This document shows, one piece after another, positions 10,261 to 21,400 of a stretch of 64,000 nucleotides of DNA. The position numbers and the translations under genes are program-made. The stretch covers positions 55,736 to 119,735 of the forward strand of contig JAHFLD010000003.1 of the NCBI GenBank assembly GCA_023245035.1. Direction: 5' to 3'. The notes under the pieces are model-generated. The model saw nothing but the letters and a program-made list of their open reading frames with translations. It did no database searches and had not been told where the DNA came from. Positions within the stretch are counted from its first letter, which is position 1. Every line of letters starts with the position of its first letter. This stretch comes from Candidatus Harrisonbacteria bacterium (GTDB lineage Bacteria; Patescibacteriota; Minisyncoccia; UBA6257; 1-14-0-10-40-38).

Positions 10261-10319
<59 letters not shown>

Positions 10320-10845
10320 ACCCTAAGATGAGGTGTTTTTGCGTGGCGCAAGCTGCGCGAGCGATCGGTCGTAGACCACGACCTTGATAGGCTCTCGGTG
10401 TACGCACAGCAATGTGTTTAGCCATGGAGTACTAATGATCGCAGTTACCCATTTCCCAAATTGATCATCCAGATGCCCATTAGATAAGAGTTCCGCTGGA
10501 ACTTATGTAATGCGGTGTCAGTAAACTTCTTTAAAAAAACAAAAGACAAACCGAGATCCGGAGAAGGGTCTGGCGCGCAAATGCTCTTGTCGGGATAGAT
10601 AATCCGACATCAGTCATCACTTGCCGACTGGCTTCGTCTGTCTAGCGAAGTTTGGTTTTGGCGGTGGCGTTCGGTTTTGGCTCCAGTCTGGTACTGTTAA
10701 TACCATGGCTGTCCGGCCCGAATGTAGCTAAGCATTGAGCACGGTTTTCCTTCTGCGGAGCTTGGTCGTTCCAATCAAACGACCGAGCTCCGCCCTTTCT
10801 CCGGGTTTCGGTGTTAACCTTACGAAAAAGATTTTCTTCAGCGAT

Positions 10846-10964
10846 TTCCTGGTGATCTAGCGAAACGTGACCCACCTCTTCCCATTCCGAATAGAGAAGT
10901 GAAAGCGTTTCACTCCGATGATACTTGGCCTTTCGGGGCTCGGGAAAGTAGGATTTGCCGGGAA
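10846..10964 (+). rRNA. rrf: 5S rRNA
   Basis: TTCCTGGTG...CACC..CCCATTCCGAA..GAAGTGAAA..CCGATGATACT..GGGAAAGTAGG..TTGCCGGGAA with paired ends. Confidence 0.92.
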
Positions 10965-11033
10965 TTCATTGCAGAAAATTTTTTCCGATATACAGATTTT
11001 TTTATATATCATCATCGTGATAAGATTTGGCAT

Positions 11034-11360
11034 ATGGAAAAGTTTTCCGGTGAACGGGGTGGCGAAAAGAATAAACTTATGGAGACGGAGGTTTTTAGTC
11101 GAATATGCCGAGTTCTTGTTTCCGAATTACATACTTTATATGCCGATATGGCTTTTGGGGCGACCGTCGAGGAAGTGAGGTCGGTTTTTAAATTTAAGGA
11201 TGGGGAAAAATTGCCGGCGAGCCGAATTGTTTTGGATAAAATCGCCAGAATCGTGGGTGAGCAGACGATTTCTTATACCATTAAGGATTTGCGTGAACTT
11301 TACGATGAGCTAACTGTCGGTTGGGAGAAGTTTGTGGCACCTCTTGAGGAGGGGAATTAA
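11034..11360 (+). CDS. Hypothetical protein
   Basis: ORF trimmed to the first ATG downstream of the 5S rRNA; no motif. Confidence 0.5.
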   Translation: MEKFSGERGGEKNKLMETEVFSRICRVLVSELHTLYADMAFGATVEEVRSVFKFKDGEKLPASRIVLDKIARIVGEQTISYTIKDLRELYDELTVGWEKFVAPLEEGN

Positions 11361-11642
11361 AATTTGACATTTGCACTTTTATGTGCGAGACTCGATGTAG
11401 CTCTTTTGATTGAATGGTGTGGTGGGAAGAGCGGCATATCTCTGCGACGGCTCTTTAATCGGGGAGACCCGACAGCTTACCGGACAATCAATTCTTTAGA
11501 TTTCTCCAAAGGTGCTGGCTTAGAAATAAGTCAGCATTTTTTTTGCGCGACTTTTATACGAGGAAAAATTGACTTTGGCGAGCTGTCGTTTTATTATTGC
11601 CACGGAACTTTGAAATCCAAAAACTTTTTTCTGGAGAAAAAG

Positions 11643-12233
11643 ATGGCATGGATTGCTAAACTTTTCCTGTCTACTGATCAATTTATCCTTCGCTTTTGTA
11701 CTCGCTTGGCTCATTTACTTCAGCGGACGATGGGCATTACGAGCTACTTGCTGGCGAAAAACTTCGTGGTTTTGTCTCTAGTAGTGTTTGCCCTAGATAT
11801 TCTCAATTTTTTTCTGCCGATTCTTAGCCAGCCAACAGAGCTTTTGGCTTTGGTTGGTCTTGCGGGCATGCTCATTCTCACATTCCCGCAAACACTTTCT
11901 TTTATCAGTGAAATGAACAAGGTGCATGATGCTTTTTGTCGCGGAGAAATTCCTAATATTGCGATTGAGCGAGAGCAACCAAGTAGTCCTTTTGCCGTTG
12001 TTCGCGTTTACTTTCTGATGATGCAATGCCTAAGGTATTGGTCTTTCTTTTCGGATTTGAAAGCTTATCGCAGTTTTTTTCTTGAATTTTTTGACCGCTC
12101 TCTTTTTTTGTTTGTCGCTCTAGCCCTTTACTTTATGCTGGTCAGGCCACTGCCGCCGGGGACGACCAAGGTTGGCGAATGGGTCAAGGGATTCAGGTTG
12201 AGAGGCCAAAAGTTGGCGAGTCAGAAGGGTTAA
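11643..12233 (+). CDS. Hypothetical membrane protein
   Basis: GGAG SD before ATG 11643, about 4 hydrophobic segments, terminator GCGGGGT..ACCCCGC-T8 after it. Confidence 0.6.
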   Translation: MAWIAKLFLSTDQFILRFCTRLAHLLQRTMGITSYLLAKNFVVLSLVVFALDILNFFLPILSQPTELLALVGLAGMLILTFPQTLSFISEMNKVHDAFCRGEIPNIAIEREQPSSPFAVVRVYFLMMQCLRYWSFFSDLKAYRSFFLEFFDRSLFLFVALALYFMLVRPLPPGTTKVGEWVKGFRLRGQKLASQKG

Positions 12234-12308
12234 ACATTTTGTTTAGCCACTTAGCGGGGTTTTAGACCCCGCTTTTTTTTGCGCGGTTTTTGCGATAGTA
12301 TTCAAGCA

Positions 12309-13070
12309 ATGGCTTCGCGCGGTTTGAAACAACTGATTTACGGTGTTTTGTATTTGGTGGTTTTTGGCGGACTGGCTTTTAGTATTTATTTTTTTAATTT
12401 CCGCGTAGGCGGAACTTGCGTTGACCTGCAACAAAACCAGCACGAGACGGGCGTTGATTGCGGAGGAGAGTGCGTTTCGTGCGAGATAAAAAATTTAGTG
12501 CCCATCAAGGTTGGATCGGTTTCGATTTTTAATTCCGGTTCGGTGGTTAACACGCTGACTCAAGTTTGGAATTTGAATTCCTCCTATGGCGCCCGCCGTT
12601 TTAATTATACGCTGTCTCTCTACGATGAAAGTGGGAATCTTTTGAAATCTTTTGAAAAGGTTTCTTTGGTTTATCCGGCGGAGTTTAAATATGTGCTGGA
12701 TACGGGCCTTGATTTTGGGGGTGTGATTCCGACGCGCGCGACTTTTAGGGTTAAAGAGGTTTTCTGGGAACCAATTGCCACCCTGGCTAGACCAAGAGTC
12801 AGTTATCGCGGAATAAAAGTCGAGACTCAAGCCTCCAAGATTGCCGTTTCCGGCCTGGTGGTAAACGAGAACCCCTTCGCGTTGCGTTCGGTGGCGGTGC
12901 AGGCGATTATTTTTGCTTCCAGTACCCACCCCGATCTTTTTTCGAAAACCGCGATTAATGATTTGATTCCCGGAGAAGAGCGCCCGTTTACAGTCTTTAT
13001 TCCGATTACGGCCTCGGTCGCTCCCATAGCACCGGATGAGGTTTCGCTGGCTTTAGAGCCCGCGAGATAG
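12309..13070 (+). CDS. Conserved hypothetical membrane-anchored protein
   Basis: N-terminal TM, then TCxDxxQNxxETGVDCGGxCxxC and beta-rich domains; first gene before rodA. Confidence 0.75.
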   Translation: MASRGLKQLIYGVLYLVVFGGLAFSIYFFNFRVGGTCVDLQQNQHETGVDCGGECVSCEIKNLVPIKVGSVSIFNSGSVVNTLTQVWNLNSSYGARRFNYTLSLYDESGNLLKSFEKVSLVYPAEFKYVLDTGLDFGGVIPTRATFRVKEVFWEPIATLARPRVSYRGIKVETQASKIAVSGLVVNENPFALRSVAVQAIIFASSTHPDLFSKTAINDLIPGEERPFTVFIPITASVAPIAPDEVSLALEPAR

Positions 13071-13078
13071 CTTGTATT

Positions 13079-14155
13079 ATGCTTTTGCATCTTCGCCGCC
13101 AGGATTGGATGCTGACCGGCGCCATTGTGCTCTTGGCGATGATGAGTTTGGCGGCTATTCGGAGCGCTAACGCCGCCTTGTTTTGGACCCAACTTATTTG
13201 GTTTGTGGTCGGTTTTTTGGCCGTCGTGCTTTTTTCTTTGGTTGATTGGCGGCCGCTGGTTAATTATCGTTGGGTGGTTTTTGGGTTTTACGCCCTGGCA
13301 GTGGTGCTTTTGATTGTGACGCTGATTGCCGCCCCAACGATTCGCGGGACCAAAGGTTGGCTAGTGCTCGGCAGTTTGCGCTTTCAAGTTTCGGAGTTGG
13401 CCAAAATTACCGTTCTGATCGTGTTGGCGCATTTTTTTGCCCGCCAGCATGTTTGGATCGCCAATATTCACACGATTATCCGCTCTTTTATTTACGTGGC
13501 CTTGCCGGCTTTGATTGTTATTAATGAGCCGGATTGGGGGTCGGCTCTGATTTTTTGGGCGCTCTGGGTTGGTTTTTTGCTAATCGCCGGTTTGCGGGTT
13601 CGCCATGTGATTATCGGTTTGGTGGCGCTGGCCGCGCTTTCTTTTGTTGGCTGGAACTTGGTGCTGCAAGATTATCAAAAGGAGCGGATCCTGGGATTTT
13701 GGCAGCCGGCTTATGATCCGCTCGGCGTGAATTACAATGTTATTCAATCCAAGATAGCGATTGGTTCGGCGGGACTTTTGGGGAAAGGCTTCGCCCAGGG
13801 AACTCAGGTGCGCCTGGGTTTTTTGCCCGAAGCATCAACCGATTTTATTTTCGCGGCGTTCACGGAGGAGTGGGGAATCTTGGGCGCGTTATTCTTGCTC
13901 ATGGTTTTTTTCTTTATTATTTTTAGGATTTTGCTCATTGGCTGGCGCGCGCCGGACAATTTTTCTCGCTTTGTGTGCCTGGGGACGGTGCTGGTATTTC
14001 TGGTGGAATTTTTTTTGAACATCGGTTCCAATCTCGGCTTGGTGCCGGTTATCGGCGTAACCTTTCCTCTTTTTAGTTACGGCGGTTCCAGTCTTTTGAC
14101 CAAGATGATGCTCATTGGTATCATCCAGAGCATCGTCCGACGTTCTTCGTTTTAA
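13079..14155 (+). CDS. rodA: SEDS peptidoglycan polymerase RodA
   Basis: FQVSELAK, EPDWGS, GYN-like 'NYNVIQSKIAIGSAG', LPEASTDFIF, EEWG, SYGGSS. Confidence 0.9.
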   Translation: MLLHLRRQDWMLTGAIVLLAMMSLAAIRSANAALFWTQLIWFVVGFLAVVLFSLVDWRPLVNYRWVVFGFYALAVVLLIVTLIAAPTIRGTKGWLVLGSLRFQVSELAKITVLIVLAHFFARQHVWIANIHTIIRSFIYVALPALIVINEPDWGSALIFWALWVGFLLIAGLRVRHVIIGLVALAALSFVGWNLVLQDYQKERILGFWQPAYDPLGVNYNVIQSKIAIGSAGLLGKGFAQGTQVRLGFLPEASTDFIFAAFTEEWGILGALFLLMVFFFIIFRILLIGWRAPDNFSRFVCLGTVLVFLVEFFLNIGSNLGLVPVIGVTFPLFSYGGSSLLTKMMLIGIIQSIVRRSSF

Positions 14156-14164
14156 TTTTTAAAC

Positions 14165-15142
14165 ATGCGAGATCGCCGTTTATTTTTTTTGGCCACCGGA
14201 ATCTTTTTATTTTTTGTTTTGATTTTATTGGGTTCGGTTCAAGCAGAAAGCAAGCCCGATTTTTTTTCCGTAAGTTCCGGCGAAAGCTTGCATGAGATTG
14301 CCGGCAGGCTCAAGGAGCAAGATCTGATTCGTTCGCGGCTGATGTTTGAGATTTACGCCCATCTTTCGGGAGCGGCTTCCGGTGTTAAGTCTGGCGGATA
14401 TTTTTTGGACGCCGCATCAACGACGCCGGAGATCGCGCGAATGCTTAGGAATGGACCCGAAACTCGCGAGATTTTGGTTGTGGAAGGAGCTACGCTTGGC
14501 GAAGTTGATAAGATGCTAGCGGGGGCTGGTGTTATCGTCGCTCATTCTTTGCAGGCGTTGTTGCCCGTCGAGCTCATGGGTGAATTTCCATTTATTTCAG
14601 GCGCCACTTCTCTGGAGGGTTTTCTTTTTCCGGATACTTACCGTTTTTTGATGGGAACCTCGCCACGCGAGGTGGCGAGGATTTTTTTGCGTAATTTTGA
14701 ACGGCGGGTCGCCGATCTGATTTCGCTCAAATCGCCAAAACTTTACGCGACAATTATCAAGGCTTCGCTTTTGGAGAAGGAGGCGATTCGGTTTAAAGAC
14801 CGGGCTTTGATCTCGGGAGTAATTGACGCGAGAATCGCGGCGCGGATTCCGTTGCAGATTGACGCGACTGTTGGCTATCTCCGTTGCGCCGGTGTCTTTT
14901 TGGATTGCCCGCCGCTTCGCCGCGCCGATTATTCAGTTAATTCTCCTTTTAATACTTACAAAGTTTTGGGCTTGCCCCCGGCGCCAATCGCTAATCCGGG
15001 ACTGGAAGCTATTCGAGCGGCCTTGCATCCGGAGGGTTCCGGCTTTTGGTACTATCTTTCCGATCCGAAAACAGGCAAGATATTTTTTTCCGAGACGTTT
15101 GACGAGCACAATGAAAAAAGAGCCAAATATCTCGGTCTTTAG
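14165..15142 (+). CDS. mltG: Endolytic transglycosylase MltG (YceG)
   Basis: LEGFLFPDTY, ASLLEKE, LQIDAT, SPFNTY..GLPP.PIANPG. Confidence 0.92.
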   Translation: MRDRRLFFLATGIFLFFVLILLGSVQAESKPDFFSVSSGESLHEIAGRLKEQDLIRSRLMFEIYAHLSGAASGVKSGGYFLDAASTTPEIARMLRNGPETREILVVEGATLGEVDKMLAGAGVIVAHSLQALLPVELMGEFPFISGATSLEGFLFPDTYRFLMGTSPREVARIFLRNFERRVADLISLKSPKLYATIIKASLLEKEAIRFKDRALISGVIDARIAARIPLQIDATVGYLRCAGVFLDCPPLRRADYSVNSPFNTYKVLGLPPAPIANPGLEAIRAALHPEGSGFWYYLSDPKTGKIFFSETFDEHNEKRAKYLGL

Positions 15143-15261
15143 TCTGTTTTGCGGGGGTTGTGGGTAGGGTATTGACACGCATAACCCTTCTCGTGTTAAA
15201 TGACAGGTATACTTATAAAAACGGACAGAGCCACGTCGCGCGGCGTTTTTTTGTTCTAAAA

Positions 15262-18200
15262 ATGTCTAAACTACCGACGAAATCGTTTTCATCTCACCCG
15301 GGCGCATTTATAAACATTCCTAATCTCGTCGAAATTCAAACCACCTCTTATCGGTGGTTTCTGACCGATGGGTTGAAGGAGCTTTTGGCCGAGGTTTCTC
15401 CGGTCAAGGATTTTACCGGCAAGGATCTGGAGCTTTACTTCCTTGATTACTACTTTGATGAGCCAAAGTATGACGAGGAGTTTTCTAAAACCAAGGCTTT
15501 GACCTATGAGGCTCCGTTGCGGGTCAAGTTGAAGCTGGTCAATAACCGATTAAAAGAAGAAAAGGAGCAGGAGGTATACTTTGGCGATTTTCCGCTCATG
15601 ACGGAGCGGGGAACCTTTATTATTAACGGCGTTGAACGGGTGGTTGTTTCCCAGCTTATCCGGTCATCGGGAGTTTATTTCACCGCCAACTTGTGGCGCG
15701 GTAAGAAGTTGTTCGGAGCCAAGATTATTCCCAACCGCGGAGCTTGGCTTGAATTTGAAACCGACAGCGATGGTACCATCGGAGTTAAGATTGATCGCCG
15801 CCGCAAGGCCTACGCGACCAGCTTGTTGCGGGTTTTCGGCCTGACTACGGACGCGCAAATTTTAGACGCGTTTAAAGATCTTGATCCACAGGCGTTTGAA
15901 TATATTTCGGCGACGCTTAAAAAGGATCCGGCGAAGGAGGCCGATGAGTCTTATTTTGAGATTTATAAGAGAATTCGTCCGGGAGATTTGGCGTCCATTG
16001 AAAACGTGCGGGCGCTCATTGATGCCATGTTCCAACGGTTGGATCGCTACGATCTTTCGGTAGTTGGCCGTTTTAAACTTAATCAACGACTTCATATTGC
16101 CGACAAGCGAAAGAAGGATGCGCGGCTTTTGGATGCCGAGGACATGATTTTGATTCTTAAAGAAATCGCCCGACTTAATGCCGAGCAGACTGCCGAGCCG
16201 GATGATATTGACCATTTGGGTAATCGGCGGGTGCGTCCGGTGGGGGAGTTATTGCAAGGAAGATTGCGGGTCGGTTTTGCCCGCCAGCGCAGGATTATTC
16301 AGGATCGGATGTCGACGCTTGACATCAACACTCTGACGCCGGTGCAGTTGGTCAATATTAAGCCGCTGATTTCCGTGGTCAAAGAATTTTTCTCGTCTTC
16401 CCAGCTTTCGCAATTCATGGATCAGGTCAATCCGCTGGCGGAAATTGAGCATAAGCGGCGTATTTCGGCGATGGGTCCCGGAGGATTGGCTCGCGAGCGA
16501 GCGGGGTTTGAGGTTCGCGACGTGCATCGATCTCATTATGGCCGGATTTGCCCAATCGAAACTCCGGAGGGATCTAACATCGGATTGATTAACCATTTGG
16601 CGAACTTTTCCCGCTTGAACAGTCTTGGTTTTTTGGAGACTCCTTACGCGGTGGTTAAAGATGGCAAGATTACCAAGGAAATTGTTTGGTTGAATGCACT
16701 AGAGGAAGAGCGGTTTAACATTGCTCACGCGGGAGTGCCTTTTACCGCCGAGGGAGAACTTATCGGCGAGGTGATTGAGGCGCGAATCAACGGCGAACCC
16801 GGAACCTGTTTTCGAGCGGAGGTTAATCTTATTGACGTAGCGCCGCACCAGGCGATTAGTTTGGCGACGGCTCTTATTCCATTTTTGGAACATGACGATG
16901 CCGCTCGGGCGTCCATGGGTTCCAACATGCAACGTCAAGCCGTCGTTTCGGTGCACCCGCAGGCGCCCTATGTCGGTACCGGCATGGAGGAGCGGGCGGC
17001 CCTGGACTCCGGTTATATCGTTCGAGCTCCGCAGGAGGGCGTGGTGACTTCGGTTTCCGCAAGCGAAGTAGTGCTTAAAACCAAGTCGGATACTATCCGC
17101 TACCCGCTGATGAATTTTAAGCGCTCCAACCAATTTACCTCCATTTCTCAGCGACCGCTGGTAGAAAAAAATCAGAAGGTAAAGAAGGGCGATATGTTGG
17201 CCGATGGGCCGGCGATTGACAATGGCGTGCTGGCGCTCGGACAGAACTTATTAGTGGCTTTTGTTTCGTGGGGCGGCGGAAACTTTGAAGACGCTATCGT
17301 GCTTTCGGAGCGCGTGGTTCAGCAAGACCGCTTTACTTCAATTCACATTGAGGACTTTGATATCGATGTTCGTGATACCAAGCTGGGACCGGAGATGACG
17401 ACGCCGGACATCCCGAATGTTTCCGAAGAAAAACTTAAGAATCTTGACGAAGAGGGAATTATTAGAGTTGGCGCCGAGGTGAAGGCGGGCGATATTTTGG
17501 TCGGTAAGATTTCACCAAAAGGCGAGAGTGATCTGACCTCCGAGGAGCGTTTGTTGCGCGCCATCTTTGGCGAGAAGGCGAGAGACGTTAAGGATACGTC
17601 GCTCACAGTGCCTCACGGCAAGTATGGCCGAGTGGTCGGGATTAAGATTTTTTCCCGAGATCGGGGAGACAAGCTGGATCCAGGAGTTATCAGTCGAATT
17701 CAGGTGCAGGTGGCCCAGTTGCGCAAGGTGCGAGCCGGTGACAAGCTGGCCGGGCGACATGGAAACAAGGGTGTCATTTCCCAGGTTCGGCCGGTGGAAG
17801 ATATGCCCTATCTGGAGGATGGGACGCCGGTTGATGTGGTACTGAATCCTTTGGGCGTGGCTTCGCGTATGAACCTGGGCCAGATTTTGGAAACACACTT
17901 GGGTTGGGCGGCCTACACTCTTGGTTATCGGGCGGTAACGCCGGCGCTCGCGGGAGCCACCGAAGAACAGATTCGTGGCGAGTTATTGAAGGCTGGTTTG
18001 CCGGAGGATGGCAAGGTTACGCTATATGACGGCCGAACGGGTCAATCATTTCATCGCAAGGTGACGGTTGGAGTTATTTATGTAATGAAGCTGAACCACT
18101 TGGTGGAAGATAAGATTCACATGCGATCCATCGGCCCGTATTCTTTGATTACGCAACAGCCATTGGGCGGTAAGGCGCAGTTTGGCGGTCAGCGCTTTGG

Positions 18201-18435
18201 CGAAATGGAGGTCTGGGCGCTTGAGGGTTATGGCGCGGCTTATACTCTGCAGGAAATGCTGACCAACAAGTCGGACGACATTATGGGACGATCTTCAACC
18301 TATGAATCAATCATTAAAGGTGAAGCCATTAAGACGCCGAATATTCCGGCTTCGTTTAATGTGCTAATGAGCGAGCTCAAGGCTTTGGGATTGAGCGTTG
18401 AATTGGTCGACCATCAAGAGCCGCCGGAGAGGTAA
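15262..18435 (+). CDS. rpoB: RNA polymerase beta subunit
   Basis: GTFIINGVERVVVSQL, DDIDHLGNRR, GDKLAGRHGNKG, GGQRFGEMEVWALE; start moved to ATG 15262. Confidence 0.99.
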   Translation: MSKLPTKSFSSHPGAFINIPNLVEIQTTSYRWFLTDGLKELLAEVSPVKDFTGKDLELYFLDYYFDEPKYDEEFSKTKALTYEAPLRVKLKLVNNRLKEEKEQEVYFGDFPLMTERGTFIINGVERVVVSQLIRSSGVYFTANLWRGKKLFGAKIIPNRGAWLEFETDSDGTIGVKIDRRRKAYATSLLRVFGLTTDAQILDAFKDLDPQAFEYISATLKKDPAKEADESYFEIYKRIRPGDLASIENVRALIDAMFQRLDRYDLSVVGRFKLNQRLHIADKRKKDARLLDAEDMILILKEIARLNAEQTAEPDDIDHLGNRRVRPVGELLQGRLRVGFARQRRIIQDRMSTLDINTLTPVQLVNIKPLISVVKEFFSSSQLSQFMDQVNPLAEIEHKRRISAMGPGGLARERAGFEVRDVHRSHYGRICPIETPEGSNIGLINHLANFSRLNSLGFLETPYAVVKDGKITKEIVWLNALEEERFNIAHAGVPFTAEGELIGEVIEARINGEPGTCFRAEVNLIDVAPHQAISLATALIPFLEHDDAARASMGSNMQRQAVVSVHPQAPYVGTGMEERAALDSGYIVRAPQEGVVTSVSASEVVLKTKSDTIRYPLMNFKRSNQFTSISQRPLVEKNQKVKKGDMLADGPAIDNGVLALGQNLLVAFVSWGGGNFEDAIVLSERVVQQDRFTSIHIEDFDIDVRDTKLGPEMTTPDIPNVSEEKLKNLDEEGIIRVGAEVKAGDILVGKISPKGESDLTSEERLLRAIFGEKARDVKDTSLTVPHGKYGRVVGIKIFSRDRGDKLDPGVISRIQVQVAQLRKVRAGDKLAGRHGNKGVISQVRPVEDMPYLEDGTPVDVVLNPLGVASRMNLGQILETHLGWAAYTLGYRAVTPALAGATEEQIRGELLKAGLPEDGKVTLYDGRTGQSFHRKVTVGVIYVMKLNHLVEDKIHMRSIGPYSLITQQPLGGKAQFGGQRFGEMEVWALEGYGAAYTLQEMLTNKSDDIMGRSSTYESIIKGEAIKTPNIPASFNVLMSELKALGLSVELVDHQEPPER

Positions 18436-18468
18436 TTTTTTGCCGAATATCTTTAATTTAACTTCACT

Positions 18469-21400
18469 ATGAATTTTAACGCCATCAAATTAAAAATTGC
18501 TTCTCCGGATGAAATCTTGCAGTGGTCTCACGGCGAGGTGATTAAACCCGAGACAATTAACTATCGCACCCAGCGGCCGGAGAAGGATGGGCTTTTTTCC
18601 GAGCGTATTTTTGGTCCAACCAAGGATTGGGAATGTTATTGCGGTAAGTATCGCCGTTCGCGATACAAGGGTATTGTTTGCGATAAGTGCAATGTTGAAG
18701 TTACTCGTTCCGCGGTGCGCCGCGAGCGGATGGGACACATTATGCTAGCCGCGCCGGTAGCGCATATTTGGTTTTTAAAAAATGCTCCTTCAAAGATTAG
18801 TCTCTTCTTAGATGTCTCGGTTCCTAAGTTGGAGCGAGTTATCTATTACACGGCTTACATTGTGACCGGAGTTAATGAGGCCAACAAAAAGAAGATTGCC
18901 GAAGAGTTGGAGCGGGAGTTTAAGTCGCGCAAAAAGAATATCGCCGAAGAGGGGGTGAATCTGGAGACTCTTCGCTCGGCCATGAGCGATGTGGAGGAGC
19001 AGTTGGAAAAATTGGCGGTGGGAACTATTTTGACCGAGGCCGAATTTCACTCCTTGTCTTTGCGTTTTGCGAATGCTTTTGAGGCTGGGACCGGCGCGGA
19101 GGCGGTGCGCAAGATTTTGGCGGCCATTGATTTGAAATCTTTAGTGCAGGCTCTTTTGAAGGAGCTGGTTATCCAAAAAGATTCTTTGCGGGAGGTGCGG
19201 ATCTTACGCCGACTCAAACTGGCGCAATCAATGTTGCGCAATAATTTGCGACCCGAGTGGATGATTCTTTCGGTCTTGCCGGTTCTGCCGCCAGATTTGC
19301 GCCCGATGGTGGCGCTCGACGGGGGACGCTATGCCACTTCGGACTTGAACGATCTTTATCGCCGAGTCATCAACCGCAATAACCGTTTAAAAAAGTTGAT
19401 GGAGCTCAAGGCGCCCGAAGTTATCGTGACCAATGAGAAGAGAATGCTTCAGGAGGCGGTGGACGCGCTGGTAGACAACTCGGCGCGATTCGGCACGCAA
19501 CAGATGTCGGCGCAAAAGCGGCCACTCACATCGCTAGCGGATCAGCTGAAGGGCAAACAGGGGCGTTTCCGGCAGAACCTGCTTGGAAAGCGAGTGGATT
19601 ATTCCGGGCGTTCGGTGATTGTGATCGGGCCGGAGCTGAAACTGGGCCAGTGCGGGTTGCCAAAGCGGATGGCTTTAGAGCTGTTCAAACCCTTTGTTAT
19701 CAGCAAGATTATTGAACGCGGTTTGGCGCATAACATTCGCAATGCTAACCGTTTAATTGAGCAGACAACTCCGGAAGTTTGGGAAATTTTGGAGGAGGTG
19801 ATTCAAAACCGCAAGGTGCTTTTGAATCGCGCTCCGACGCTGCATCGGCTGGGTATTCAGGCTTTTCAGCCTCTTTTGATTGAAGATTTGGCAATTCGGA
19901 TTCCACCGATGGTTTGCCAGGCTTTTAACGCTGACTTTGATGGCGACCAGATGGCGGTTCATTTGCCGCTTTCTGAAGATGCCCAGCGGGAAGCTTCGGA
20001 GATCATGCTTTCCAGCCGCAACCTCTTAAAGCCGGCGAGCGGCGATCCAATCGCGACTCCCAGCCAAGATATTGTTTTGGGTTGCTATTTTTTGACCAAA
20101 ATTGACGAAGCCGGGTTTGGAACCGGTCGGCGTTTTTCCGATAACAACGAGGCCTTGTTGGCGCACGAAAACGCCATAGTTGAGATTAATGCCCTAATTA
20201 AGATCGGACCGGCGCGAGCGGAATTGGAGACTTCGGTCGGGCGACTGATATTTAATGCCGTTCTTCCCACTGGGTTTCGTTATGTAAATGAACTGATGAA
20301 TAAAAAAACCCTCTCACGCTTGGTGGGAGAAATTATCAACGCCTATGGCATTGAGGCGTCGGCTGACGTGCTCGACAACATCAAAAAAGTTGGTTTTGAA
20401 TATGCCACTAAGTCCGGAACGAGCTGGGGTATGGCCGATTTGCAGACGCCGCCGGAGAAGGAGTTGTTGGTTAAGGGCGCGGAGGTGGAGATTGGTATTA
20501 TTCGCCAACAGTTTGCCGAGGGTTTGCTGACCGATTCCGAACGCCGGAGCCGGGTAGTGGCGGCCTGGAAAAAAGTGGTGGACAAGCTTAACAAAGAGAT
20601 CGTTCCCAAAACACTTTCGGCGCATAGTTCGGTTTATTCCATTATTGATTCCGGCGCCCGTGGTTCCTGGTCACAGCCGGGACAGATGATGGGTATGAAA
20701 GGATTGGTGCAAAATCCAAAGAACGAAGTTATTGAGTTGCCGGTGCGCTCGTCTTTTAAACAGGGCTTGGGTGTGCTGGAATACTTTATTTCCACGCACG
20801 GGTCGCGAAAAGGTTTGACCGATACGGCTCTTAAGACCGCGTCGGCCGGTTATTTGACCCGCCGCTTGGTAGATGTCGCGCAAGATGTGATTGTTCAAGA
20901 AAATGATTGTAAGACCGATAAGGGCGTTGAGATACGGCGCGCGGACGGATTGTCTTTCGGCAGTTCTTTCGCGAGCAGACTTTTTTCTCGCACCTTGTTG
21001 CAGGATGTTAAGATTGAACGCAAGATTTTGGCGCGAGCGGGGGAGATTGTCGATCGGCAGATGTCTTATGATATAGAAAAAGCGGCGGTTGATTCGGTTT
21101 GGGTTCGTTCGCCGATGACTTGCGAGACCCTATTCGGCGTTTGTTCGCAGTGTTATGGCTATGATTTGGGGACCAACAAAAAAGTGGCGATTGGGTCGGC
21201 TGTCGGTATTGTGGCCGCGCAATCAATCGGTGAACCGGGAACCCAGCTAACCATGAGAACTTTCCACATCGGTGGTGTTGCCGGCGCGGACATTACGCAT
21301 GGCTTGCCTAGAATTGAGGAGTTATTTGAAGCTCGACCGCCCAAGGGTAAGGCCTTGTTGGCCGATGAAGATGGCGTGGTGGCGGCCATTGAAAACAAGG

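Noticed and set aside
10899-11033. N-terminal extension of ORF 10899-11360
   Set aside because: It overlaps the 5S rRNA; start moved to 11034.
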